Assembly: GCA_965207445.1 (NCBI GenBank)
Contig: CBDBLX010000002.1
Location: 960,001 to 1,024,000, forward strand
Direction: 5' to 3'
Source of the DNA: Nitrosopumilus sp.
GTDB lineage: Archaea; Thermoproteota; Nitrososphaeria; Nitrososphaerales; Nitrosopumilaceae
DNA: 64,000 nucleotides
Shown: positions 54,909 to 64,000 of the stretch, piece by piece
Layout: each line of letters begins with the position of its first letter
Position numbering within the stretch: position 1 is the first letter of the stretch
The notes under the pieces: generated by a model
Database searches by the model: none
What the model saw: the letters and a program-made list of their open reading frames with translations, nothing else
What the model was told of the DNA's origin: nothing
Translations under genes and position numbers: made by a program

Positions 54909-55730
54909 TTATTCTGCAGAAAGATCCCAATAATTTGCATCTTCTTGAACTTTGATATCCCTCAAAGTATCTGATTTCCATTCTCTAAAAGAGTTTGAAT
55001 ACATGCCAATATCAGTAAAACCTGCATGTTTGAGTGCATAATATACGAGTCCTGACAATGTACCTGCAGAACCACAATACGTGATGATTTGTATGGATTT
55101 GTCTGTTATAATATCTCGGTTCTTAAACAAGCGGTTTAATTCATCAGGAGTACGCAAAATTTTACCTTTTTCCATATCTCGGAACATGGTAGATGGCATG
55201 TTAATGGCGCCAGGTATATGACCTGAAAGAAAATTCAGTCGTGGGCGGGCATCTATTAAAATTGCACTGCCATCTTTGGATGCAGACTCTACATCGTCAA
55301 TCTTTGTAAGTGACTCTTTGTGTTTTTTTAATTTAAATTCAGTCGGTGGCAGTGTATGTGAGTTTGTTGTAGCCTTTACATCATTTTGATCTGACTTCCA
55401 TGCTTCAAAGTCTTGGTCAAGTAAGGTTGCATGTCCACCAACAGATTCAAGTGCCATTGCACCACGTGATGCAACTGCACCATTTATGCCATCATAAAAT
55501 ATACATAATGTGTCAGACGATATACCAGCGTCACCGAACACTTTACACAGTGCCATATCTGTATCTGCCTCTAGTATCTTTTGTAGTGGTAGATTTATCG
55601 ATTCAGGTATATGTTCTAAATTGTATTCACGTGTGGTACGTGTATCAATTATTACGTGGTTATGGTGTTGTGTTAATTCTCCAAAAGATATTACAACTTG
55701 TGTGATTTTTGATGTTTGTTGCTTTGACAC
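54909..55730 (-). CDS. tandem rhodanese-domain sulfurtransferase
   Basis: IDTR...HIPESIN, IDAR...GHIPGAIN, YCGSAG. Confidence 0.9.
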   Translation of the reverse strand: MSKQQTSKITQVVISFGELTQHHNHVIIDTRTTREYNLEHIPESINLPLQKILEADTDMALCKVFGDAGISSDTLCIFYDGINGAVASRGAMALESVGGHATLLDQDFEAWKSDQNDVKATTNSHTLPPTEFKLKKHKESLTKIDDVESASKDGSAILIDARPRLNFLSGHIPGAINMPSTMFRDMEKGKILRTPDELNRLFKNRDIITDKSIQIITYCGSAGTLSGLVYYALKHAGFTDIGMYSNSFREWKSDTLRDIKVQEDANYWDLSAE

Positions 55731-55961
55731 AGAGTAAAAATATTTAGTGTTTAATATAAAGGTGTGTGCTTAAATATTGATGCATGTAAAAATATATATT
55801 TTTATAAATACTCATAATTAATTTGATAATAATGTGCACATGTACATACTAGTTGCATTTTAATCATAATTAATCAGATATTAATTTCTTAATATTGTGT
55901 GATGTGACAGCAAAAATTATGTGCAAATGCCATCTAATACAAAAACACCATGTAACATTAT

Positions 55962-56303
55962 ATGTATGAAATACTCAACTATATCGTGGCATTTTTAATT
56001 GACAAAAAGATATTGTGCGGTGGCGTTGCAATGTTGGCAGTTGGGATTGCACTCTCTGCGTCGTTCACTGCATCTATGCCAATAGGGCAAGCAGGAATGA
56101 CTGAAGATGAAGCACTAGAGTTGATAATGGCTCAACAAGAACTAGAAGATTACAGTATACTTGCAGGTATATTGATTGCAATAGGATTCATGTTAATATT
56201 GATAAGTTTTGGTGCTAGAAGAAAGAAGAGTGGTGGTAATAAAAAAAGACAGAACACCACTGATCTTGGTTCTGAAGATGCAAATAATACATATCGCGCC
56301 TAA
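55962..56303 (+). CDS. two-TM membrane protein
   Basis: Two hydrophobic helices then ISFGARRKK; start uncertain. Confidence 0.65.
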   Translation: MYEILNYIVAFLIDKKILCGGVAMLAVGIALSASFTASMPIGQAGMTEDEALELIMAQQELEDYSILAGILIAIGFMLILISFGARRKKSGGNKKRQNTTDLGSEDANNTYRA

Positions 56304-57007
56304 ATTGTTGACTCAATACATGATTTATCGATGAGTTTTATTTTTAATGGTGTTTGGCTCTCTTGCAAACGCAGTTGATCGGTGTTTATGTGAACTTTTT
56401 ATCTGAATTTGGTGTTTGAGGCTGGGAAAGTGTAAGTTTTTAGTACTTTATTGCATGACTATGATGATAGTTTGAAATAGAGATAGCTAGAGTTGGTATC
56501 AAAAAAAACAAGGTAATACGTAACTATTTGGACCTTGAAAAAGTTCATATTGATAAATAATTTCATGCCTAGGTAATGCCTAATAACCTCAATACGTGGC
56601 TCATACGTGGATGGAGTCCCGTCAATGTATGTGACCTCTGTTCTTGAGTCAAATTTGACAGTGGTATCGTTTAGATACGTAAGTGTGGCGGCGCTGTTTG
56701 GATATGTGATCTTGGTGTCTAGAAAACCTACATTAGAGTATGTCACCGTGGCGTCGTTGTATGTGATTGTCGTCACTTTGTTTTTCTGATATGCTACTTT
56801 ATCAAGAAATATCATGGTGCCTGCAAAACTTATTGTGTTGGTCGTCTGTCCGCTATATGCCTGATATGGGTTTCCCTGTACTGCATGTCCATCAGTTTGC
56901 GTGAGATTAATTTAATTGAAAATAACAAATTACGACTACTGCAAATCCAATTAAATTGAGACTCTAACATACATACATACATACATGTGTAAATCATACC
57001 TCAGGCA

Positions 57008-57313
57008 ATGATACATGCAGATATCAGCATATATCCAATTGCCACAAAAACGACTAGTGTTAGTTTCTATATTGCAAAGGCCATAGAATCAATACAAAAT
57101 ATTGAAAAGATCAATTTCACTCTTCATTCAATGGGAACGACACTAGAGTCTAAAGATATGAGCTCTATATATGAGGCCATAACAAACATGACACAAACAG
57201 TTCATAATTTGGGAGTGTCTAGAGTATGTACAGTAATAAAGATAGATTCTAGGCTTGACAAAGATCACCCTGCACAACAAAAGATCGAATCTGTCAAAAA
57301 ACACATAATGTAA
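57008..57313 (+). CDS. MTH1187/DUF77 thiamine-binding family protein
   Basis: ISIYP...TSVSFYIA...LHSMGTTLE...RV.TVIKIDSRLDK. Confidence 0.88.
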   Translation: MIHADISIYPIATKTTSVSFYIAKAIESIQNIEKINFTLHSMGTTLESKDMSSIYEAITNMTQTVHNLGVSRVCTVIKIDSRLDKDHPAQQKIESVKKHIM

Positions 57314-57469
57314 AAACCATAACATCTTCATTTATTTTTTGTTTATAATTTGATTTGATTATTTGCTTTACCAAACATACAACTCGTATGAATGCAACAT
57401 CAATGATTAAAGAATTCGTTAATTACATGTATATTTTTTGTATTGCATGTAATCAAAGCATTTTGTCCC

Positions 57470-58591
57470 TCACACTAACCTACGCAATGTCTTGAAATGC
57501 GTGTCTCTTTGTATTGGTATTCTATTAACTTCGTGCACCATATCTGCAAGCTCATCTATTGATGATGATGTTGGTTTACCTGCTGCACGATAAACCTCTT
57601 CTGAGAATGCAGTTCCTACTAGATCATTTCCTCCATTACACAATGCCACTTGTGCAAGCTTGCGACCATATGCGACCCAGTATACTGATATGTTATTGAG
57701 AAATCCTGCAAGCATTAATCTTGAGACTGCAATAACACGCAGATCATACAATGATGAGCATTCACTATTTACTTGGTTTTTTTGTTCTAGTTCTGTATTA
57801 TCTAGACTAAACTTTAATGGTATTAATGTCAAAAACCCGCCTGTCTCTTTTTGAAGATCTCGGATTTTGATCAGATGATCAATTATGTGCTTTGGTTGCT
57901 CTATATGTCCATACAACATGGTAACATTACTTTTAATTCCTAAATTGTGGGCTTTACGTATCACATCAATCCACTCTTGACCTGTGCATTTACCCCGCCC
58001 AATTTTGGGACGTATCTCTGGATGAAATAATTCTGCCCCGCCGCCTGGCATAGAGTCAAGACCTGCACTCTTTAATCTTGATAATATCTCAGAAACAGAG
58101 TTCTTTGTCAGCTTTGACAAATAAAATATCTCAGCTGCTGTAAGTGCTTTGATATTGAGATCTGGATGCTTTTCTTTTATGATTTGCATCATATCCTCGT
58201 AATATTCTAACTTCAAGTCTGGATGAAATCCTCCTACTATGTGTACTTCAGTTGCGCCCATCTCTTTTGCAACTCTGACTCGTTTTTCAATCTCAACTGG
58301 TGTTAGCGTATATGCATCTTCATCTCCCTTTTTACGATAAAATGCACACATTTGACAGCTAGCGGCACAGACGTTTGTATAGTTCATATAATATGATGCA
58401 ACAAATGACACTGTATCACCTACGTGGGTTTTTCTTGATGCATTGGCTGCAGCTCCTAGCACATGTATATTATCCATATTCATCAGTTCAAGTCCATCAC
58501 TATGAGTTAACTCTTCACCAGACATGGCGCGCTCTAATACTTCAGAGTGTCCTACAAGCTGCTCTAGCATGTTTGTGATGTTCTTGTACAT
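57470..58591 (-). CDS. mqnE: CofH/MqnE-family radical SAM enzyme, probably aminofutalosine synthase
   Basis: NYTNVCAASCQMCAF, EVHIVGG.HP, MPGGGAE, TMLYGHIE, DLVGT. Confidence 0.8.
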   Translation of the reverse strand: MYKNITNMLEQLVGHSEVLERAMSGEELTHSDGLELMNMDNIHVLGAAANASRKTHVGDTVSFVASYYMNYTNVCAASCQMCAFYRKKGDEDAYTLTPVEIEKRVRVAKEMGATEVHIVGGFHPDLKLEYYEDMMQIIKEKHPDLNIKALTAAEIFYLSKLTKNSVSEILSRLKSAGLDSMPGGGAELFHPEIRPKIGRGKCTGQEWIDVIRKAHNLGIKSNVTMLYGHIEQPKHIIDHLIKIRDLQKETGGFLTLIPLKFSLDNTELEQKNQVNSECSSLYDLRVIAVSRLMLAGFLNNISVYWVAYGRKLAQVALCNGGNDLVGTAFSEEVYRAAGKPTSSSIDELADMVHEVNRIPIQRDTHFKTLRRLV

Positions 58592-58873
58592 GATATATTC
58601 TTTGAGTAACTATGCGTGATTACTGAACACTCTACTCAAATCACACCTGAGCAAACTACTATCTAAAGCAGTTTTAATATCACAACCAAAACAAAAATCC
58701 ATGTACTTGGCACAAGATGTCTATACATAATCTGTGTACCTTTAGCAGTCTGCAAACAAAGTTTACTTTCAAATAGATTATTCAAGTGAACTAATATACA
58801 AGAATACTCAAATGGCTACGCCAACAAAGTGGTAATCATACTAGCCAGATGAATTAAGAGTTAATCTAAAATT

Positions 58874-61870
58874 ATGGGGCAAATATTGTTGTTTTGTATG
58901 ATTCATTATGCATCTTTGTTTTTTGTGTTCGCTATGGTTATTGTCTTGGCTCCGTCACTTGTGTATGCTGACACATTTGAAAATGCGGACTTTACAATCA
59001 AGCACCCTGATGGCTGGAGCGCAATAAAACCTGATCTCTGGAACTCTACACACAGTGTGACATTTGCACCTAGTAGTACAAAAACAACGACCACTGCAAC
59101 AATACTTGATACTTTCATAACAGTATCTCTTTATGATACATATTTTGCTGCAAATATGCCAGGTGACACACAAACTATAACAATTGAGCAGATAGATTTG
59201 GATGTGATAAATACGATCGCACATGATGCTGAACAAAGATGTCGAATGAACCTTGATGGACATTGTTGGGGATTTAAACTACTTGACTCAAAGATCATAA
59301 CTATATCTCATGAGCGAGCGGCACAAATTGATTTTAGTGCACATATGAATAATGCTGATGTATTGGTGCGAATTATTGTACTGCCATCTGATTCGGGAAT
59401 CTGGGTGGTAAAAGGTATGTCTGTTATCCATGATGATGACTTTGTTGTTGCGCAACCTGTAATAGATGCCACTTCTACATTTAACCTCATTAAATTTAAC
59501 ACTGTCACAAAACCCAACATATTGCAAAAACCTGTGCAATGGGAACCTGATGATCCGGATTTAGTATTGCAAAAGACAATACAAATCAACATGATAATGG
59601 TGGGTCAAAAATGGTCGCCACTTGATACGGCTCGCATACTAGAAGAGATGCCATCGTATCATGATCCTGTGTTTACAACTATTGGTGACAGGGTAGGTGT
59701 CAGGTACCACTATGACTATAACTTTGTCTCTGATGTGGATAATACTGAGGAAATATTGCGTATTATGGATGAGAATTCAAAAAAACATCCGATACTAGGT
59801 AGTGGAATTATTGAGGATTATATGTTCTGGCATGCTGCATGGCTTGAGCGTCATCCTCATTTACAAGACAAAAAGTATCGTCTAGTAGATGCTTTGGCAG
59901 TTGAAGAATATCTACAAGATGTCATAATAGGATCAAATCCAGATCTTGTTCTTGATGGCTCTTTTACTGCCAACTTTGTCTTTTTGAATATTGAACCTAC
60001 TGAAACTAAACACATACAAAATTATTACATATCAACCACTGATAGGGCTACAGACAAGAATGTAGATTATGTGGGATTGATGGGATTTGGTAGTAGTACT
60101 AGCAATACGTTCTTTTTTGATATGTGGGCTCTTCCATGGGAAGACCAAGTTCTAGATGATTTCTTTTATCTTCCGTCATATATGGAAAATCTACATGATT
60201 GTCACGAGCCAAACTGTATTGCAAAGATAGTATCTACTCACACTGATTCTGCCATATACCATATACTGACACCGTCATTTTTGTATCCTGTTGAGTTTTT
60301 TGACAGTTACTTTTTGGATGTGTTATTGTATTTGACACCTGGTGGTAGGATTACAGTCACACACTCTGTTCTGGATGATTTTATGAATCAAGATGAATTA
60401 GTACGTGAGATGGAGTATCTGTATCCATTTGCAAAATGGGATATTAGTTTGTCAGTTGAACGCAAGGATTTGCGCGGAATGTCCTATGAGTTTAAGACAC
60501 AGTTTGAGAACCTCAAACGTGAGCGAATTGTATACGGTGACCAAACTATAGTAAATGCATATCTCAACTCTAGTAAGATAACGCCATACTTGATCGAGTG
60601 GGCTCAGCAGCGACAACACGATAGATTGTCTGTTGTATCAAATGACACTTGGACTGTACCTATGCTCATTGTTGTGGATAATACAGATGCTGAAGTATTA
60701 TTGGATAATGGGGCGATAGGTATTGCATCGGGTATGCCTGATGATGAGTCTCTGCCGTGTTGTGCACTTGCAGTGACGGATGCAACTGATGTTTGGGAGA
60801 ATAGAATAGGACTTGATAATCTTATGTTGCATGAACTAGGTCATGTTATGGGACTACACCATCCATTTTTATCATTCAAATATAGTGAGCCTACGCCGAA
60901 CTTTTACTTTAATTGGTATTCGAGTCCTATGACGTACTCTTTTCCAGATGGCTGGATTGCATGTGGATTGTTGTATTATTGGTTTTACGCAAGCCCATGC
61001 GGCAATGCTGCTGCATCCTTTACTGTGTTTGAGCGAGAGCGACTCAGCGATGTTCGAGTCGTATCTTTGTTGCAAAAGATAGGTGTAGAGTCCGAGGATT
61101 TATCAGAGGATGTCGCTGCGGTGATTCAATCCAACGTCACTGAGATAAAAAAGACATTTGCATCTGGTGATACACTATCGGAGACAGGGGCGTTACACAC
61201 TGCACTTGAGTTGTATGATGCTGTCAAGTATGCCGTGATCAGTGGCAACACTACTGCTATTATTACTACTGCTGTTGATGTTGATGATAATGATGATGTT
61301 ATGGTTGATGATGTTATGGTTGATGATGTGTTGCCTGATATGGCAGTTGAAATAGAATCGGGTGTTTTTGCGCATGATGGTGATGATGGAGATGCATTGA
61401 TGACAAATGAAACATCAAAAGACAATAGCACTTTTAGTGATGTGCCTGTAGGCTCTAAAACACCATTACTTGATGATCATAATAATGATGTGTCCTCAGA
61501 TGATGCAACTAGTATAGATGATATGATTAATTCTACTGATAATAACTCTACAACTAGCAATCTCATTACAGATACCCCTACACATACACCTAAACAAGAT
61601 GTTATTCCTGCATGGGTCAAGAACAGTGCTGGGTGGTGGGCAGATGGACTAATAGATGACTTGGAGTTTATCTCAAGTATAGAGTATATGATAGAACACG
61701 ATATCATAATTGTAGATGTCTCTAATGCTGTACGAACTGATGATGCGCAACAGAAACTTCCTGCATGGGTCAAGAACAGTGCTGGGTGGTGGGCAGATGG
61801 ATTGCTTGCGGATAATGAATTTGTTGAAAGTATAAAATATATGATCTCTGTAGGTATAATTCAAGTGTAA
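58874..61870 (+). CDS. secreted zinc metalloprotease-like protein with thaumarchaeal C-terminal repeats
   Basis: Signal peptide (LVYA|D), HELGHVMGLHH + SPM Met-turn, acidic linker, two PAWVKNSAGWWADG repeats. Confidence 0.82.
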   Translation: MGQILLFCMIHYASLFFVFAMVIVLAPSLVYADTFENADFTIKHPDGWSAIKPDLWNSTHSVTFAPSSTKTTTTATILDTFITVSLYDTYFAANMPGDTQTITIEQIDLDVINTIAHDAEQRCRMNLDGHCWGFKLLDSKIITISHERAAQIDFSAHMNNADVLVRIIVLPSDSGIWVVKGMSVIHDDDFVVAQPVIDATSTFNLIKFNTVTKPNILQKPVQWEPDDPDLVLQKTIQINMIMVGQKWSPLDTARILEEMPSYHDPVFTTIGDRVGVRYHYDYNFVSDVDNTEEILRIMDENSKKHPILGSGIIEDYMFWHAAWLERHPHLQDKKYRLVDALAVEEYLQDVIIGSNPDLVLDGSFTANFVFLNIEPTETKHIQNYYISTTDRATDKNVDYVGLMGFGSSTSNTFFFDMWALPWEDQVLDDFFYLPSYMENLHDCHEPNCIAKIVSTHTDSAIYHILTPSFLYPVEFFDSYFLDVLLYLTPGGRITVTHSVLDDFMNQDELVREMEYLYPFAKWDISLSVERKDLRGMSYEFKTQFENLKRERIVYGDQTIVNAYLNSSKITPYLIEWAQQRQHDRLSVVSNDTWTVPMLIVVDNTDAEVLLDNGAIGIASGMPDDESLPCCALAVTDATDVWENRIGLDNLMLHELGHVMGLHHPFLSFKYSEPTPNFYFNWYSSPMTYSFPDGWIACGLLYYWFYASPCGNAAASFTVFERERLSDVRVVSLLQKIGVESEDLSEDVAAVIQSNVTEIKKTFASGDTLSETGALHTALELYDAVKYAVISGNTTAIITTAVDVDDNDDVMVDDVMVDDVLPDMAVEIESGVFAHDGDDGDALMTNETSKDNSTFSDVPVGSKTPLLDDHNNDVSSDDATSIDDMINSTDNNSTTSNLITDTPTHTPKQDVIPAWVKNSAGWWADGLIDDLEFISSIEYMIEHDIIIVDVSNAVRTDDAQQKLPAWVKNSAGWWADGLLADNEFVESIKYMISVGIIQV

Positions 61871-62082
61871 ATGTTACTATTGTTACTGCTGCTGTTATTG
61901 TTGTTGTTGTCACTAACGTGTATATTATTATGTATAATACCTATATGTATATTCATCCAATTAAAGTCACTAGTATAAAATATGATTACCTTGTAATTTG
62001 AATGTGATGTATTGGTGATAATAAGTGGTGGTTAAAACTATGATTCAAAAGTTTTTGGTCTTTTATTTATTGTTCTTGATCT

Positions 62083-63756
62083 GAGGTTGGTGCGTAATTG
62101 ACATTTGGCCTGCCTGTGACCCGTCTGTGAACTTGGTTTATTGCACATTCAATCTACAAAAGACTGGAATCTATCTATAGTGCGTTTCGTTTTTGAATAT
62201 GCATGTGTGTTTTGGCAGACATGGATTATAGAATATGAAACGTGCAAGTGTGATAGCAGTCACTATCATTGGTATGATGGAATTTTTTGCCCTTTTTCAT
62301 GAGCGCAGATAAATCTGTTCAGGACGTTGATATTCCATGCAATTGATAGTATTTTACCAAATCGCTTTCTGTTTTTGGCCAGACGCATACGACAGTGCAG
62401 CCTGTGATTCTTTGTCTCTTCTGCTCCAAATATTGCCTCGATAAGTGCGCGTTGTTTGTATGCATCTTGGTCAAAGATCTCTGCTGCCTTTTTTCTGCTT
62501 GGTTTGCCACGGTTTGTATGACCTGCGCCATCTGTGTGATTGCGTTGCTTTATGTTTGGTTTCATGTTTGCATTGAATATTGTCTCGCAATTTTGATCCG
62601 AGTCGTATCCCTTGTCTCCGTTGAATAAGCGTTCTTCAATCTGTGTATAGTTTTTTGTGAGAAAGCTGACCATATATGGAAGCATTGACGTGTCACTCAC
62701 ATTGCTTGGAGTTGTGTATGATGCAAGTATGATCTGGTGTCCTGTTATCGCAGTAATGTGATATTTTAGGTACATCTTGATGCGTGTAGGCTCAAAGTCT
62801 TGTAGTACATGATTAGGTCTTTCTTGTTTTTCGTACCTGTCAGTCTCTACCCCACTACTGTCTATCCCAATTGGAGCTGTAGGTTCTTGTTTTACGTCTT
62901 GTTTACCGCTCTCAAAATCCTCGGATCCGTGCGTAAGTATGGTCTCTTTACCTTTTATCGGTACCGGATCTGTCCCCGATTTTTTAAGTTCAGTTAGACA
63001 CATATTGGCAGTATATGCCAAAATAGAATCAAGCCAGTCGAGATCAATTGTTTGCATATGTTTGGTTACCCAACTATAATCAGGCTTCGGCTCGTCAACC
63101 CATTCATCATGCATATGTCCAAGCTCATTTACCACGTCACGAAAAGGAATATTTTTTGCAACTTTTAAAAGACACAAAAAATCCATCTTGTCACGAGAAT
63201 GTACCGGCTTGCATCCTCTATTTGTTTTCTTTTCCTTGCACGGATGTGGGTTTTTTCGTATCGCCGACAGCAAGGTCTTGCGCATAAAATCCGGCTCAGA
63301 TTTGCGTGCCTGTTCGTAATACTGCCAATAACCTTCGCGTCGCTTGTGCTGCTCTGTCACTATACGGTCTGCCTCCATAATCTGTTCTTATTTGAGACCC
63401 GCCCACTAAATTTACACAAACAACAAGCAGGCGCCACATTCATCACAAACCATGCATTGTAATGGGCGACATTCTGTGTAGTATAGCATGTTGTGGTAAC
63501 CCACCATATGTCGTCGTTCCACCACACTTCACAAACGATACGTTGATAACATTGGCTAGTCAACGTTGTTTAGCATCCCCTTTGTTATTATCACAATTAT
63601 TCAATTGGGATGCCCCTATAAGTAACTTTTGGTATGCGCGCATATACTTTTATATATGAGCTTATTAAATATATATACATAAAACTCTGGCGATATTTGC
63701 AGATGGCTTTGCAAGTACGATGCAGGTGGCGATTTGATGAATTACGCACCAACCAC
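62083..63756 (-). mobile_element. IS5-like element copy D
   Basis: Same TIRs; 9-bp TSD TCTTGATCT; same length (1674 bp) as copy C. Confidence 0.95.
62266..63378 (-). CDS. DDE transposase (IS5-like), copy D
   Basis: Intact 370 aa. Confidence 0.92.
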   Translation of the reverse strand: MEADRIVTEQHKRREGYWQYYEQARKSEPDFMRKTLLSAIRKNPHPCKEKKTNRGCKPVHSRDKMDFLCLLKVAKNIPFRDVVNELGHMHDEWVDEPKPDYSWVTKHMQTIDLDWLDSILAYTANMCLTELKKSGTDPVPIKGKETILTHGSEDFESGKQDVKQEPTAPIGIDSSGVETDRYEKQERPNHVLQDFEPTRIKMYLKYHITAITGHQIILASYTTPSNVSDTSMLPYMVSFLTKNYTQIEERLFNGDKGYDSDQNCETIFNANMKPNIKQRNHTDGAGHTNRGKPSRKKAAEIFDQDAYKQRALIEAIFGAEETKNHRLHCRMRLAKNRKRFGKILSIAWNINVLNRFICAHEKGQKIPSYQ

Positions 63757-63891
63757 TCTTGATCTATCGATGTTTGTATATGGAATTTTCGATTCTTTAT
63801 TTGAAACACTATGGGTATGTATTGATTGAATACTATCTATCACATAACTAGTTACTAAAAAGATAATTGGCCCCATGTACTATGTATTGTA

Positions 63892-64000
63892 ATGGTTCTT
63901 CCACTTGTAGATGAAGACAAGCCTAAATGTTATCTTTGTTATGCCATATTTGATGACATTGAAGGCCTCAGAGAACATCAACGCACAGTGCACAAAGAGA
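63892..64000 (+). CDS. small C2H2 zinc-finger protein (3' truncated by window edge)
   Basis: MVLPLVDEDKPKCYLCYAIFDDIEGLREHQRTVHKE. Confidence 0.7.
   Translation, partial: MVLPLVDEDKPKCYLCYAIFDDIEGLREHQRTVHKE

Overview
This window looks like chromosome from an ammonia-oxidising archaeon (Nitrosopumilaceae/Thaumarchaeota). That assignment is inferred from the archaeal EF-2, tRNA-intron endonuclease, PurP, a DUF6659-like protein and 'IPAWVKNSAGWWADG' C-terminal repeats. The housekeeping backbone (lig, endA, argS, a DRG GTPase, ilvC, nadM, purP, CBS-TrkH, EF-2, mqnD, mqnE, rhodanese) is interrupted by two IS-bounded defence islands. The first (about 21.2-33.2 kb) is a res-mod type III-like restriction-modification operon whose mod gene has an in-frame C12 tract. 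The second (about 42.4-54.9 kb) is a PLD-SNF2 helicase plus a type IIG/Eco57I-like methyltransferase that is split by an IS66 element with a perfect 9-bp target duplication. The most notable observation is that both unrelated defence operons begin with paralogous, translationally coupled 75-80 aa leader genes (47/75 identical residues), which may be an undescribed controller or cassette-anchor module. The window also holds four copies of one IS5-like element (9-bp TSDs), an IS630 pseudo-element, two IS66-like families, two MITE families, a histone H1-like Lys/Ala repeat protein, and repeat-derived insertions in core proteins. Together these are consistent with a drift-prone, possibly host-associated genome. 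All product calls come from motif recognition, not database searches.
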